DNA of 64,000 nt, taken from NCBI GenBank assembly GCA_964486045.1, contig CAZALK010000012.1, positions 1 to 64,000 on the forward strand, in the 5' to 3' direction. Within the stretch, counting starts at the first letter, position 1. Each line of letters begins with the position of its first letter. Positions 19,727 to 29,413 of this stretch are shown one piece after another. This DNA comes from an uncultured archaeon. GTDB lineage: Archaea; Asgardarchaeota; Lokiarchaeia; Sigyniarchaeales; SOKP01. The notes beneath the pieces were generated by a model. That model ran no database searches. It was not told where the DNA came from and worked only from the letters and a program-made list of their open reading frames with translations. A program made the translations under genes and the position numbers.

Positions 19727-21010
19727 TTAAATGTACCCATAACCCTTATCCGCTGGATTTTGATAAAATTTAGTAATCTTGGTTTTGATTGAGTCAACGA
19801 ATTCATTTATTTTATTATATTCAAAAAACTCCCGAATAATTATATCCTTTTTAACACCCAAATACTTCTTATAACTTGGTAATCCACCAAATTGAAAAAA
19901 GGTTCTTCTTTCCCCATTGTATATCATATTAGGTAAGATTAATTCTAATGAAAATGATTCTGTTGGTATCTTTACAATATTTATTCTGCATTCTGTATGA
20001 AATAAAAAACAAATTACTTCTAGTAATGATTCTAATGTCCTCCGTTTAATGGTTGAAAAAGGAGCATTATACTTTTCTTGATAGTTCTCAACATTTAATA
20101 TTTCGTAAGATTCACCCTCTAAATACCCCAAGGAAAATTCAGGTTTTTCTGGATTAATAAAATTGTAATTCAAACAAAAGTATATAATACCATTAGGATA
20201 AATCAAAATATCCTCACCAATGTGTGGCTCATATTGACGTGCAAATTCAGGGATTATATAAGTCTGTGACATTTTAATGGTAGAATAATTATCAATGTAA
20301 TTCTTTAGGAAATCTGAATTAAAATCAACTAAATCATCAGAGAGAGAACGAGGGACAATACAACCAAAAATATAATCATATATTAATCCATCTTGATTAT
20401 CTTTATTGACTTTCAAGTCAAGATTCTCATCGAGTTTCTCTTTAACCCAATTCTGGAATTCATCAGAAATCTTATCTAGATTTTCTTGTCTTAATTCTTC
20501 AATTGGTGATATTTTTCTTAGTTCTAAATCGAGTAAAGGTTTTAGATTGTTTTTCAGATTATTCATATTATATTTTTGGATATGTTTACTCCCAACATCA
20601 AATGGGAGTTTTTCTAATTGTTCTTCTTCACAAATAACAATCTGAGTTTTACCTAATCCTGCAGCATATCCATACTCCCAGTACACATTTAAACTTGGAT
20701 TATAATCTGCAATTTCATGTTCTTCACATTATACTTTTACTGGTGCGGAAATATCGTTGATAATTAACCGAGAACCTCTAACATTTGAACAAATATTTTC
20801 GCAAAACGCATCCAGATTATTATTTTCTTCGAGTCTTTCAGCAAATATAGGTTCCATATCATATTCCCGAATAAGGTCACTAATAGCATCTATACATATC
20901 TCCCTACTTGAATCACAAGATCCGATTATAAATACTTTATCCTGATCTTCAAAGAGTTCTTTGTTACAAAATCTTACATTAGACCATATACAAGGAAGGT
21001 TTTTAGTCAT
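19727..21010 (-). pseudogene. Nucleoside 2-deoxyribosyltransferase/TIR-like domain protein split by one in-frame TAA (20729-20731)
   Basis: ORFs 20729-21010 and 19727-20686 share a frame. Read-through gives ICSNVRGSRLIINDIS...NPSLNVYWEYGYAAGLGKTQIVI...LPFDV, a continuous NDT-like signature. Confidence 0.7.
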
Positions 21011-21143
21011 TTCCTATCATCTTAGTTCTTAAAATAAATTATTTAAGGATCTATTCATATTTAGTGAGTATATTTGTTTCTACCTAATTTTTAATATTTA
21101 ATTATTTGGTTATATTCTCATCAATCATTATGGTGCAAATTTT

Positions 21144-21848
21144 TTACCTATTTTGAATTACCTCTATCAAAATATTATCCTTTGTAATTTCGCAAAACCT
21201 TAGCGGATAACCAAGTAAATTTCCATAATTTAAAGAGGTATGTGAAAAATTTTGAATTCTAATCGCAGTTTCCATCAAAAATATTAGAAACTCTTTTGCT
21301 TGTGTTCTGTTAAACTCGTTATAAACTATTTGATCATTAAAAATTCCTATTAAATTTACAAATAAGTTTGGAATTTTATTATCCCCATTGAATAAAATAG
21401 GATATTCAATGAATCGCTCTCTATCTTGAAATTCTTGTTTACTATCCTCATTTTTAAAATGATTGTTTTCAAATCCCTTAAGATGATGTACATGATGAAC
21501 ATGAGCTTGATCACCAATATATCCACAAATATGAAAACCTAGATTATCAATATCGTCTAAAATAGCTAATTCTTCGAAATAATTTTTAATCTTTTCTGAG
21601 ACAGTTAAAACATTATCATCCTCTGTTAGAGTATTTTCAAAATGTCTTAATTCATCGATTAAATTAAAATTATTAGTGGGGTTTTCTGTTATGCCCCAAA
21701 ATGATAAAGCAACATTAATATTGGCAACCCTGTCAAGTTTTTCAATTCTTCCTGCAGCGGTTACTCCCCCTTCTATATTTTCAACTACTAAACTATCTGC
21801 AATCATGAAAATACCAAATTGAGTTGCCATTGTAATCAATAAAGTTAT
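21144..21848 (-). CDS. Ntn-hydrolase / proteasome-beta-like protein
   Basis: Extending to the ATA at 21848 (AGGTGA SD 6 nt upstream) gives (M)TLLITMATQFGIFMIADS, matching the MT-hhh-x-GIxhxADS start of proteasome-type proteases; also EKL and GFHICGY. Confidence 0.6.
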   Translation of the reverse strand: MTLLITMATQFGIFMIADSLVVENIEGGVTAAGRIEKLDRVANINVALSFWGITENPTNNFNLIDELRHFENTLTEDDNVLTVSEKIKNYFEELAILDDIDNLGFHICGYIGDQAHVHHVHHLKGFENNHFKNEDSKQEFQDRERFIEYPILFNGDNKIPNLFVNLIGIFNDQIVYNEFNRTQAKEFLIFLMETAIRIQNFSHTSLNYGNLLGYPLRFCEITKDNILIEVIQNR

Positions 21849-22705
21849 AATAAATCACCTAGATATTTGACATTCATCTTTAAATTAAAATCTATCTTTT
21901 GTTTGAGGTAATTTAAAAATTCAGTATATATCTTTTCATTCCCAAAGTTGTCTGGTTTATCTTTAAACCGATTATTCTCTTTTGTATTTAATTTAAGTAT
22001 TTCAAAGTTTCCAAATCCCGGGATTCCTGGACCATAAATTATAACCCAATATAATTCGTTTCTAAGACGGACCATATCTCCACTATCACTAAATTCTAAG
22101 TCTAAATATTTATTCGTGTTATGTTTTCCAATTTCTCTTACTAAGGTAATTAATTCCCCTTTTGTAAATACTATATCATGGGAGATCATTTGATAAAATC
22201 TAATTAAAATCTTTTTATCATTAATTTCTGAATTTTTGGATTCATCAAAATCCTTCTCTTTCCCAAAAAAATCTGTAGATATTATTTTAGTATTACTATC
22301 AATTATACCTGTTTTTAATAGAATCTTTTCTGTAAGTACAATATAATCAAGAGCATATTGCTGGTTAAAATGGTGATCAATAGCAAATGAATCGTGTTGA
22401 TATATGTTTCTTTGATTATGTAATCTTTCAATGAGAGAAAAATCTGGTACGGTAGGATAAACTTTATGCAAAATTTCTTCATACAACCATTTAAAATCTT
22501 TTGTACGTATTTTACCCGATCTAGTAGTAAATTCGAATTCGATCCCAGTTTCTTGCCCAACTAACATTGAGATTTTAGATATTAAATTATCTGTTAAATA
22601 ATGACCTAATTCATATAATTGAGGTATCTTTGACACAGTCAATTCTTTTGCAAGCCGAAACAATTCAAAAAGAATTTTCCTTTTAGTCATATCTATACTT
22701 GTCAT
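21845..22705 (-). CDS. HEPN-like domain protein
   Basis: LHNQRNIYQH (Rx4H) within a helical N-terminal domain. Confidence 0.55.
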   Translation of the reverse strand: MTSIDMTKRKILFELFRLAKELTVSKIPQLYELGHYLTDNLISKISMLVGQETGIEFEFTTRSGKIRTKDFKWLYEEILHKVYPTVPDFSLIERLHNQRNIYQHDSFAIDHHFNQQYALDYIVLTEKILLKTGIIDSNTKIISTDFFGKEKDFDESKNSEINDKKILIRFYQMISHDIVFTKGELITLVREIGKHNTNKYLDLEFSDSGDMVRLRNELYWVIIYGPGIPGFGNFEILKLNTKENNRFKDKPDNFGNEKIYTEFLNYLKQKIDFNLKMNVKYLGDLL

Positions 22706-22916
22706 TCAAATTCACTTAGTGTTAAATAATTTAATGTATACATTTCATTACCGTAGACTTCTATTCTTATATGATATGCATTATTTTCAAGGTATTATAA
22801 ATAATTCCATATATTTAAGCTCAAGATACCTTTTTATTAACCTTTAAATATTTTTAAATTATTCAGGAGTTTCAATATTTTTCCTTGTAATCTAAAACAA
22901 CACTTCGGTTGTATAT

Positions 22917-24614
22917 CTAATCTCCAAACTGCCCTGAGTCTATAAAATTACGAATTTGGGCTAATAATCCTTGAAATCCTTTTAGACTTAGAATTCTGTC
23001 GGAAGCAAAAATTCCTTCGGTCTGGATATGGTAGGGTATAAAGTGTTTTATACCTTGTAAGAAAAGTTCATTAAAATAACTATTTTTACTGTTTGTTTTG
23101 ATTAACATCCCTTTCCAATTAAGAGATTTAATGTTTTTATTATAGTTTTCAATCCATAATAGGAAGTTATCTTGAGTTCCCCTGTAGGTAGCAGTTCCCT
23201 TACATTCAAAAAGAAAGATGTATTCATTAGCTTTAATCGCCAAGTCAACTTCCTCATAGGAAGATTTGGATCCATCAGGAAAATTAGCATTAACCTCTAA
23301 AGGAGGATTCGGAAAATCTTTAATTTGTTCCTTCATCTCGAAATATTTTTCGGATGGATCCAATTTTGGGTTACGAAATATAAGTTTTTCAACAGGGAGT
23401 CTAAACTCCACAGCTTTATTAAAACACCAATTTTCTAACATTTTCCCCTTTTTATCTTGGAATTCTTCTGTTTTTTGGATGCTTTCTAAATATTTTATCA
23501 ATCCTCTCCAAATAACTAATAACCCAGTATAAACTACGCCCGAAATGTTGTACATGCAGTATGATAAAAATTTATTGTATTCCCAAAGAAAGTATCGTGG
23601 TTTGAAATAGTAAAAATCATCTGGGAACTTGATTTTTTTAGAGTTTAGACAAAATTTCTCAAAAAAAACAGTATACTTGTTTTTGGACACTTTTTCCTTT
23701 AATCTATTGATAATATTACCCTTACGAAGCTTTACGTACAGCTTTCCCTCAACAAGCTTTAATAATTCCCCGAAGCATGTTAGATTCAAGATTATTTTAT
23801 CTTTTTGAGAGGGGATTCTATTTGTATAGTATTTCATAAATACACTTATAATCTCATCTATCTGAACTTTAGAACCGAGTATAGAGATACCTGCATAATT
23901 GAAAAATTCACGTGTAAACTTTGAAATACCTAAACTTGAATCAATTTTAAATATTCTTTTAAAACGGTTAGTTTTTTGATATTTTTCAAATAAATGTCTC
24001 TCGGGGGGAAATTTCAGCCCTTTTGGTGGTTTAGAATCTAAAAAATCTGTAATGATGCTTGTATCGTAAATCTGTTTTAAGGCTTCACAGTCTAACACTG
24101 ATCTATAAGCAGGATCAAATTCTAAATCTGGAAGAAGGCTGTTTATTCTACTGTATGGTTTTACTTTATTTAATATTTCAATAAGTTCAAGATCATAATT
24201 ATCAGGGTCAATTGTATTAAAGATAAAAAATCGATTAATTAAAGGTCCCCATGAAGTTAATTCATCAATTTTTTGATCGGTTTCTTCAAGATTAAGCATA
24301 ATATTTAGGTTGTACTTCATAGACAAAAGAAGAATAATTCCAAATGCTCTTTCAGAGCCAATTAAGAATTCATCCATTGATCCAGGGTTATCCAAATTAG
24401 GTTGCATCTCTGGAATCTCCCTAAATAAAGTTTTAAGCGAGTCAAAATAATTAATATGTATGTAATAGTTTAAAAAGTAGGTACATACTTCAACTGCTCT
24501 TATTTTATGTAGATTTAAAACCCCCTTTATTAGCTCATAAAACTTGGGATTGTTTTCATCAAGTAGATTTTGAATTAATTGACCTTTTAAGTCATTTAAA
24601 GGATCTTCAGCCAT
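22917..24614 (-). CDS. Large protein with a C-terminal PD-(D/E)xK (NERD-like) nuclease domain
   Basis: KGKMLE...EEVDLAIKANEYIFLFECKG. Confidence 0.65.
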   Translation of the reverse strand: MAEDPLNDLKGQLIQNLLDENNPKFYELIKGVLNLHKIRAVEVCTYFLNYYIHINYFDSLKTLFREIPEMQPNLDNPGSMDEFLIGSERAFGIILLLSMKYNLNIMLNLEETDQKIDELTSWGPLINRFFIFNTIDPDNYDLELIEILNKVKPYSRINSLLPDLEFDPAYRSVLDCEALKQIYDTSIITDFLDSKPPKGLKFPPERHLFEKYQKTNRFKRIFKIDSSLGISKFTREFFNYAGISILGSKVQIDEIISVFMKYYTNRIPSQKDKIILNLTCFGELLKLVEGKLYVKLRKGNIINRLKEKVSKNKYTVFFEKFCLNSKKIKFPDDFYYFKPRYFLWEYNKFLSYCMYNISGVVYTGLLVIWRGLIKYLESIQKTEEFQDKKGKMLENWCFNKAVEFRLPVEKLIFRNPKLDPSEKYFEMKEQIKDFPNPPLEVNANFPDGSKSSYEEVDLAIKANEYIFLFECKGTATYRGTQDNFLLWIENYNKNIKSLNWKGMLIKTNSKNSYFNELFLQGIKHFIPYHIQTEGIFASDRILSLKGFQGLLAQIRNFIDSGQFGD

Positions 24615-24644
24615 GATAATGTTATTTATTTTCTGTATTTTAAA

Positions 24645-24676
24645 AATCAGATGGTGATTTGGGTTTTTTAATTCAT
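24645..24676. repeat. 32-bp direct repeat, copy 1
   Basis: aatcagatggtgatttgggttttttaattcat; 31/32 identical to 25503-25534. Confidence 0.95.
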
Positions 24677-25498
24677 TATTTTTTTTTTTTTAAATAGAAG
24701 ATCTTTCATTTGTTGTTCTCTTATTGGAATGTGTAGATCTTTCATATGATAAGGTAGAAACAATTGGTTACAAATATCTGCATATGCTATCGCTTTAGCT
24801 TCTTTTTTCTTTAGCCCCGCACCTTTTCCATAGTAGTTTTCTTTTGGAAAAAATTTAAGAGATTTTACCCAAACTTCACAATTAAATGGTGATGTAATCT
24901 TTTCGGGCGCTTTATAGATTATTTCAATGAAATCCTTATCTTCTAATTCTTTAAGGGTGTTTATAGGATTATTTGGTATTAACCCTAGCTCCTTATAAAT
25001 TTCTTGGAACTTATTCCTTAATCTAATCTCATCAGGATTTTCTAGGTCATTAAACAATTCATAATAAGGTCGTTCCTTTTCACTTATTTCTATATCCCAA
25101 TAGCTCGATCCATGAGAAACTAAATCCCATCCTTCTTTATATACAGCCATACCAATTATTGATTTTATATTTCTTTGAATCTCTTCGAATAATTTCATAT
25201 ATTTTATAGTTTGTTGCCTTACTTCTTGTGGGTTCTTGTTTTTGCACTCAACAATTAAAAACTTGTTATTTCCATCGGTAAAAATTAAATCTCCTTTGCC
25301 TTTATTGGATAAACCAGATTCAACCTCCCATTCATAATCATAAATAAATTTGAATTTCCTCAGTTCAGGCTTTTTCTTTGTTAGATCTTGGACAACTTTT
25401 CTAACTAGAAGAAATTCAGGATTTTTATCCCAAGTTCTTGATAAAATATAAGACCGGATTGCCTTATCTCTTCGCTTTATTTCCTTATCAACTTTCAT
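24668..25498 (-). CDS. PD-(D/E)xK nuclease fused to a double-stranded-RNA-binding domain (dsRBD)
   Basis: N-terminal E56..GKGD70LIF..E84CK..Q96xxxY100. C-terminal aa about 177-247 NPINTLKEL...FNCEVWV...GKGAGLKKKEAKAIAY matches the dsRBD alpha-beta-beta-beta-alpha pattern with KKxAK. Confidence 0.7.
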   Translation of the reverse strand: MKVDKEIKRRDKAIRSYILSRTWDKNPEFLLVRKVVQDLTKKKPELRKFKFIYDYEWEVESGLSNKGKGDLIFTDGNNKFLIVECKNKNPQEVRQQTIKYMKLFEEIQRNIKSIIGMAVYKEGWDLVSHGSSYWDIEISEKERPYYELFNDLENPDEIRLRNKFQEIYKELGLIPNNPINTLKELEDKDFIEIIYKAPEKITSPFNCEVWVKSLKFFPKENYYGKGAGLKKKEAKAIAYADICNQLFLPYHMKDLHIPIREQQMKDLLFKKKKIMN

Positions 25499-25502
25499 TA
25501 AG

Positions 25503-25534
25503 AATCAGATGGTGGTTTGGGTTTTTTAATTCAT
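25503..25534. repeat. 32-bp direct repeat, copy 2
   Basis: aatcagatggtggtttgggttttttaattcat. Confidence 0.95.
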
Positions 25535-25561
25535 CAGGAATAAAGTTAATTCAGTAATAAT

Positions 25562-26305
25562 TTATATTCTTAGATCGAGCAATCTGCCATTTATTCGAAG
25601 CCATTCTTTCCATTTTTTATAGTTTGGGAAAAGAGATTCGATTAAATCCCAGAATTTAGAAGAATGTGGGGGTTCTTTCAGATGACATAATTCATGAACA
25701 ATAATGTAATCGATTGCGGAAATTGGAGCCATGATAATTCTCCAATTAAAAATTAGTCTTCCATCTTTAGTACAAGACCCCCATCGAATTTTTTGGTCTC
25801 GCACTTTAATTTCTTGAGGTCTATAATCTATTACATTCAAATATTTCTCAATTCTATTAGAAATAATACTAAGAGCTTTTTCTTTATACCATTCAATTAA
25901 AACTCTTTTTATCTCATCTTCTTTTAGGGCTTCTGATAAATTTTCATTAACATAAATATGAAGTGTTTTAAAGGCATAAGTTATTTTAGAACGCTTGTTT
26001 GGGTAATTATAGATTTTTAGCCTAATTAATCTATTTTTTAATAGAAGTTTTTCTCCACTAACTAATTCATGCTTAACAGGGATTGGTTTTTTAATCTCTT
26101 CGGTAAGTTTTAATTTTTCTACAATCCATTTTCTTTTTTTGTAGATTATATCTTGGATTTTTTCGCGCTCTATATTTAAGGGGGCTTTAACTATTACTTT
26201 TCCATCAGGTTCTACCACTATTCCAATAGTCTTACGTTCTGTACGATCTATTGAATAACTGATCTCTTTCTCTCCAAACTTTACCGATTGTATTTCAGAA
26301 ACCAT
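25562..26305 (-). CDS. M48/YgjP (DUF45) zinc metallopeptidase associated with type I R-M
   Basis: RWGSC and DYIIVHELCH motifs; likely start MVSEIQ at 26305 (ORF track start 26374 overlaps hsdR). Confidence 0.9.
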   Translation of the reverse strand: MVSEIQSVKFGEKEISYSIDRTERKTIGIVVEPDGKVIVKAPLNIEREKIQDIIYKKRKWIVEKLKLTEEIKKPIPVKHELVSGEKLLLKNRLIRLKIYNYPNKRSKITYAFKTLHIYVNENLSEALKEDEIKRVLIEWYKEKALSIISNRIEKYLNVIDYRPQEIKVRDQKIRWGSCTKDGRLIFNWRIIMAPISAIDYIIVHELCHLKEPPHSSKFWDLIESLFPNYKKWKEWLRINGRLLDLRI

Positions 26306-26345
26306 CTTAAAACTATTCTCTTCAAATATTTTATTTTTTGATTTT

Positions 26346-29300
26346 TTATCTTGATGGGAAATGCACTTTGGCAAGATCTTCTATTTGATGTGCTAATAGA
26401 TTTTTTCGATTCTCATCAATATTTTTCTTGCGGAAAACTTCTTTACTGGCTTTTCTTATTTTTCGTAAATTATCAGATTTATGTTCCCAATCGATTAATA
26501 TTATAAATTCTTCAATCGCTTCTAGTACCTCATACGTAAATTTTACAATTTCTCGCTCATCTTCAATTCCCGCTTCATTTGCATCTACTTGTAATAGATT
26601 GAAAAATGCCAATTCAGCACTATTAAGCCCCATTTTTTGGGCTAGGTTTGGTCTTTCTTTAATTTCATTATAAAGGGCTTTTAACCTCTTGATTTTCTCA
26701 GCGAGATCGATCCTATTTTGGGTATACATCTCTATTATTTCTTCTAACCGTTCTTTTAAACTCCTATAAAAAACAGGATCCTCCTCTATTTTAACACTTA
26801 TCTCGTGTTGAACAGCATGTTGCATTTCACTCGCTTTTGATTTATCTGATTTTAGGCTATCTAAAGCTTCTTGGAACTTTTCTGAAAGAATAGGCACGGG
26901 CTCAACTAAAATTTTAATATTGGTAGATCTTATATGTTCATCTATAATTTTTTGAACTTTCGCACCACAACCTGCAAGATCTAATATTTCTTCACGATAT
27001 CGATTTTTTGCAGCTCTTAAAATCATACCAAATCGTTTTAAATCCATTAAATAAGGCTGAGCACGGGGATCTGGCAAAACTACATCCATACTCTGTGCAA
27101 ATTTTTTGAAATCGTTATGAAAATCTGCTCTAACGCTTTCAGATTCCAATACTAAAATACAAGCCTCTAAATCATTAATGTCCATACCATCAAAATAAGA
27201 TAATACCGCTTTATGATATTGTTCTAAGGGATATAACTCACTTTCAATAGATTTCATAAAACCTTCGATGTCAGGCTTATCAAAAATTTCTAAAGCTCTT
27301 TCTAAATGATTAGAAACACCATAATAATCAACAATTAGACCGTAATTTTTGTTTTCATGTATTCTATTAACCCTGGCAATAGCTTGTAATAAATTGTGTT
27401 CTTTTAACTTTTTATCAAGGTACATTACCTGCTCGATTGGTGCATCAAAGCCCGTGATAAGCATATCACACACTATTAGAAATTTAAGAGAATCATTATC
27501 ATCTTTAAAACGATCAATCACTTCTTGTCGTTTTAATTTATCTGTTATGAAATCCGCTCCAAGTTGTCTTAATTCATCATCATAACGAGGATTTGCCGAA
27601 ATGATAACTACAGATTCAGGAGCATTCAAATCATCTAAATATTTTTTATACATAACAGCTACTTTTCGAGATGAAGTTACGTTTTGGGCTTTAAAACCAT
27701 TTGGTTCGATATGATCTTCATAGTGCTTTATAATATCTAACACCACTTTTTTAATCCTTTCTGGAGCGGCTAGAATTGCATCCTCAGTAGCATATTTTGC
27801 CTTTATCTTCTCTCGAATTTCTGGTTCTTTATCAGAAAACACACGATTAAAAATCTCATCTATAGATTCTCCTTCTACCCTTAATTCTGGTAACCTATTT
27901 TCATAAAGAATCTTTACTGTAGATCCATCTTCAACCGATTGGCGTAAATCATAAGAATCAATAAGCTGGCCAAATTTACTAACAGTCTTACCTCTACCTA
28001 CTGAAATTGTTTCATTTTTCTCATTTCTCGCTAATGGGGTCCCTGTATATGCGAGATAACAAGCATTTGGTATTCCCATTCGCATATTCATACCGAAGAC
28101 CTTGTACTGTGAACGATGAGCTTCATCAACAAGAACAAATATATTTTGATCATCATTGAGTTTAGGAAATTCTGCTCCCTTCCTTGATATACCTGTTTGC
28201 GAATCCGCGCCTTTAGTACGAAATTTTTGAATGGTAGTAAATATGGTGACCCCTTGTCCTATTTGTACAAGCTCTTGCAGGTGATCAACACTTCTCGCTT
28301 CGACAGGATTAGAAAATCCACATCTTTCGAATGTACTATTTAACTGATTCACTAAATCAATTCTATCACACACAAATACTAATAATGGATTACTTAGCTT
28401 CGTTTCTCTTCTCAATTTTATTGATGTGAATAGCATAGTAAGAGATTTACCCGAACCTTGTGTATGCCAAATTGTGCCACCTCGTAGGTGATAATCTTTT
28501 TCCTCTAGGATACGAGTCAATGTCTTATTTGTTGCCCTGAATTGTTGATAACGAGCAATCTTTTTAAGCAACTTTCCTCTTGAAGTTTCAAAAATAATAA
28601 AATTACGAATTAAATCTAAAATATTTCTTTTTTCTAATAATCCATAAAGTAAAACATCTTGTGGTGTCGGTTCTGGAGTTGAACGCCCCGCTCTTTTAAT
28701 AATATTTTCAAGTTGGTCTTTAGTAATAGGATATGGTTCCTTCCAAATTTGAAAGCTTTCATAGGAATTACCTAAAACCCCATAAACAGCTGATTGACTA
28801 CTGGTTACTATTATAATCTGATTAAGATGAAAAAGTTTAGGTATAGTTTCTTGGTATTCTAAAACCTGTCGAATACCTTGCTGTAAAGGATTCGTCAGTA
28901 GGGGACTTTTGCATTCAATAACTACTAATGGTAAGCCATTAATAAAAACAACAATATCAGGGATTCGATTCCCCTTGGAAGCATTAACTTTATATTGATT
29001 TACAGCTAAAAACTCGTTATTTTCGATATTATCCCAATCTATAAGCTTAACCCAATGATTCCGCCGACCTTTCCCATCATGAAGATCTTGTTCTACTGCT
29101 AAATTACTTGGTTTTGTTAAATATTCCCACACTTGCTCATTAAAATCAATTTGACTGGAAGTTGTGGGAATTGTTAACTTTCGGAAAACCATTTTAATGC
29201 TAGTTTCATTAACCCAAGGATTAAATTCTTTAATCTTTTTTGTTAGCGTTGCTGTGAGGATTACTTCTCTAAGGCTGGAACGCTCTGTAGTATTATATTG

Positions 29301-29405
29301 AGGACTGACTTCTTTTCTTTCTTTAAATTTATAACCAAGCTCTTGTAATAATTTCAAGGCTGGCTTTTCTGTCTGATTATATTCACTCCAATCAAAAAGA
29401 CTCAT
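26346..29405 (-). CDS. hsdR: Type I restriction endonuclease subunit R
   Basis: PDIVVFINGLPLVVIECK nuclease motif; WHTQGSGKS Walker A; DEAHR; TGTP; TGFDAP; QAIARVNR. Confidence 0.97.
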   Translation of the reverse strand: MSLFDWSEYNQTEKPALKLLQELGYKFKERKEVSPQYNTTERSSLREVILTATLTKKIKEFNPWVNETSIKMVFRKLTIPTTSSQIDFNEQVWEYLTKPSNLAVEQDLHDGKGRRNHWVKLIDWDNIENNEFLAVNQYKVNASKGNRIPDIVVFINGLPLVVIECKSPLLTNPLQQGIRQVLEYQETIPKLFHLNQIIIVTSSQSAVYGVLGNSYESFQIWKEPYPITKDQLENIIKRAGRSTPEPTPQDVLLYGLLEKRNILDLIRNFIIFETSRGKLLKKIARYQQFRATNKTLTRILEEKDYHLRGGTIWHTQGSGKSLTMLFTSIKLRRETKLSNPLLVFVCDRIDLVNQLNSTFERCGFSNPVEARSVDHLQELVQIGQGVTIFTTIQKFRTKGADSQTGISRKGAEFPKLNDDQNIFVLVDEAHRSQYKVFGMNMRMGIPNACYLAYTGTPLARNEKNETISVGRGKTVSKFGQLIDSYDLRQSVEDGSTVKILYENRLPELRVEGESIDEIFNRVFSDKEPEIREKIKAKYATEDAILAAPERIKKVVLDIIKHYEDHIEPNGFKAQNVTSSRKVAVMYKKYLDDLNAPESVVIISANPRYDDELRQLGADFITDKLKRQEVIDRFKDDNDSLKFLIVCDMLITGFDAPIEQVMYLDKKLKEHNLLQAIARVNRIHENKNYGLIVDYYGVSNHLERALEIFDKPDIEGFMKSIESELYPLEQYHKAVLSYFDGMDINDLEACILVLESESVRADFHNDFKKFAQSMDVVLPDPRAQPYLMDLKRFGMILRAAKNRYREEILDLAGCGAKVQKIIDEHIRSTNIKILVEPVPILSEKFQEALDSLKSDKSKASEMQHAVQHEISVKIEEDPVFYRSLKERLEEIIEMYTQNRIDLAEKIKRLKALYNEIKERPNLAQKMGLNSAELAFFNLLQVDANEAGIEDEREIVKFTYEVLEAIEEFIILIDWEHKSDNLRKIRKASKEVFRKKNIDENRKNLLAHQIEDLAKVHFPSR

Positions 29406-29413
29406 TTTCTCGC

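Noticed and set aside
4449-21010. Stop-codon reassignment (Pyl, Sec or code 4) to explain the in-frame stops
   Set aside because: The three interruptions use three different stop codons, all three also end intact genes, and one of the genes also has a frameshift
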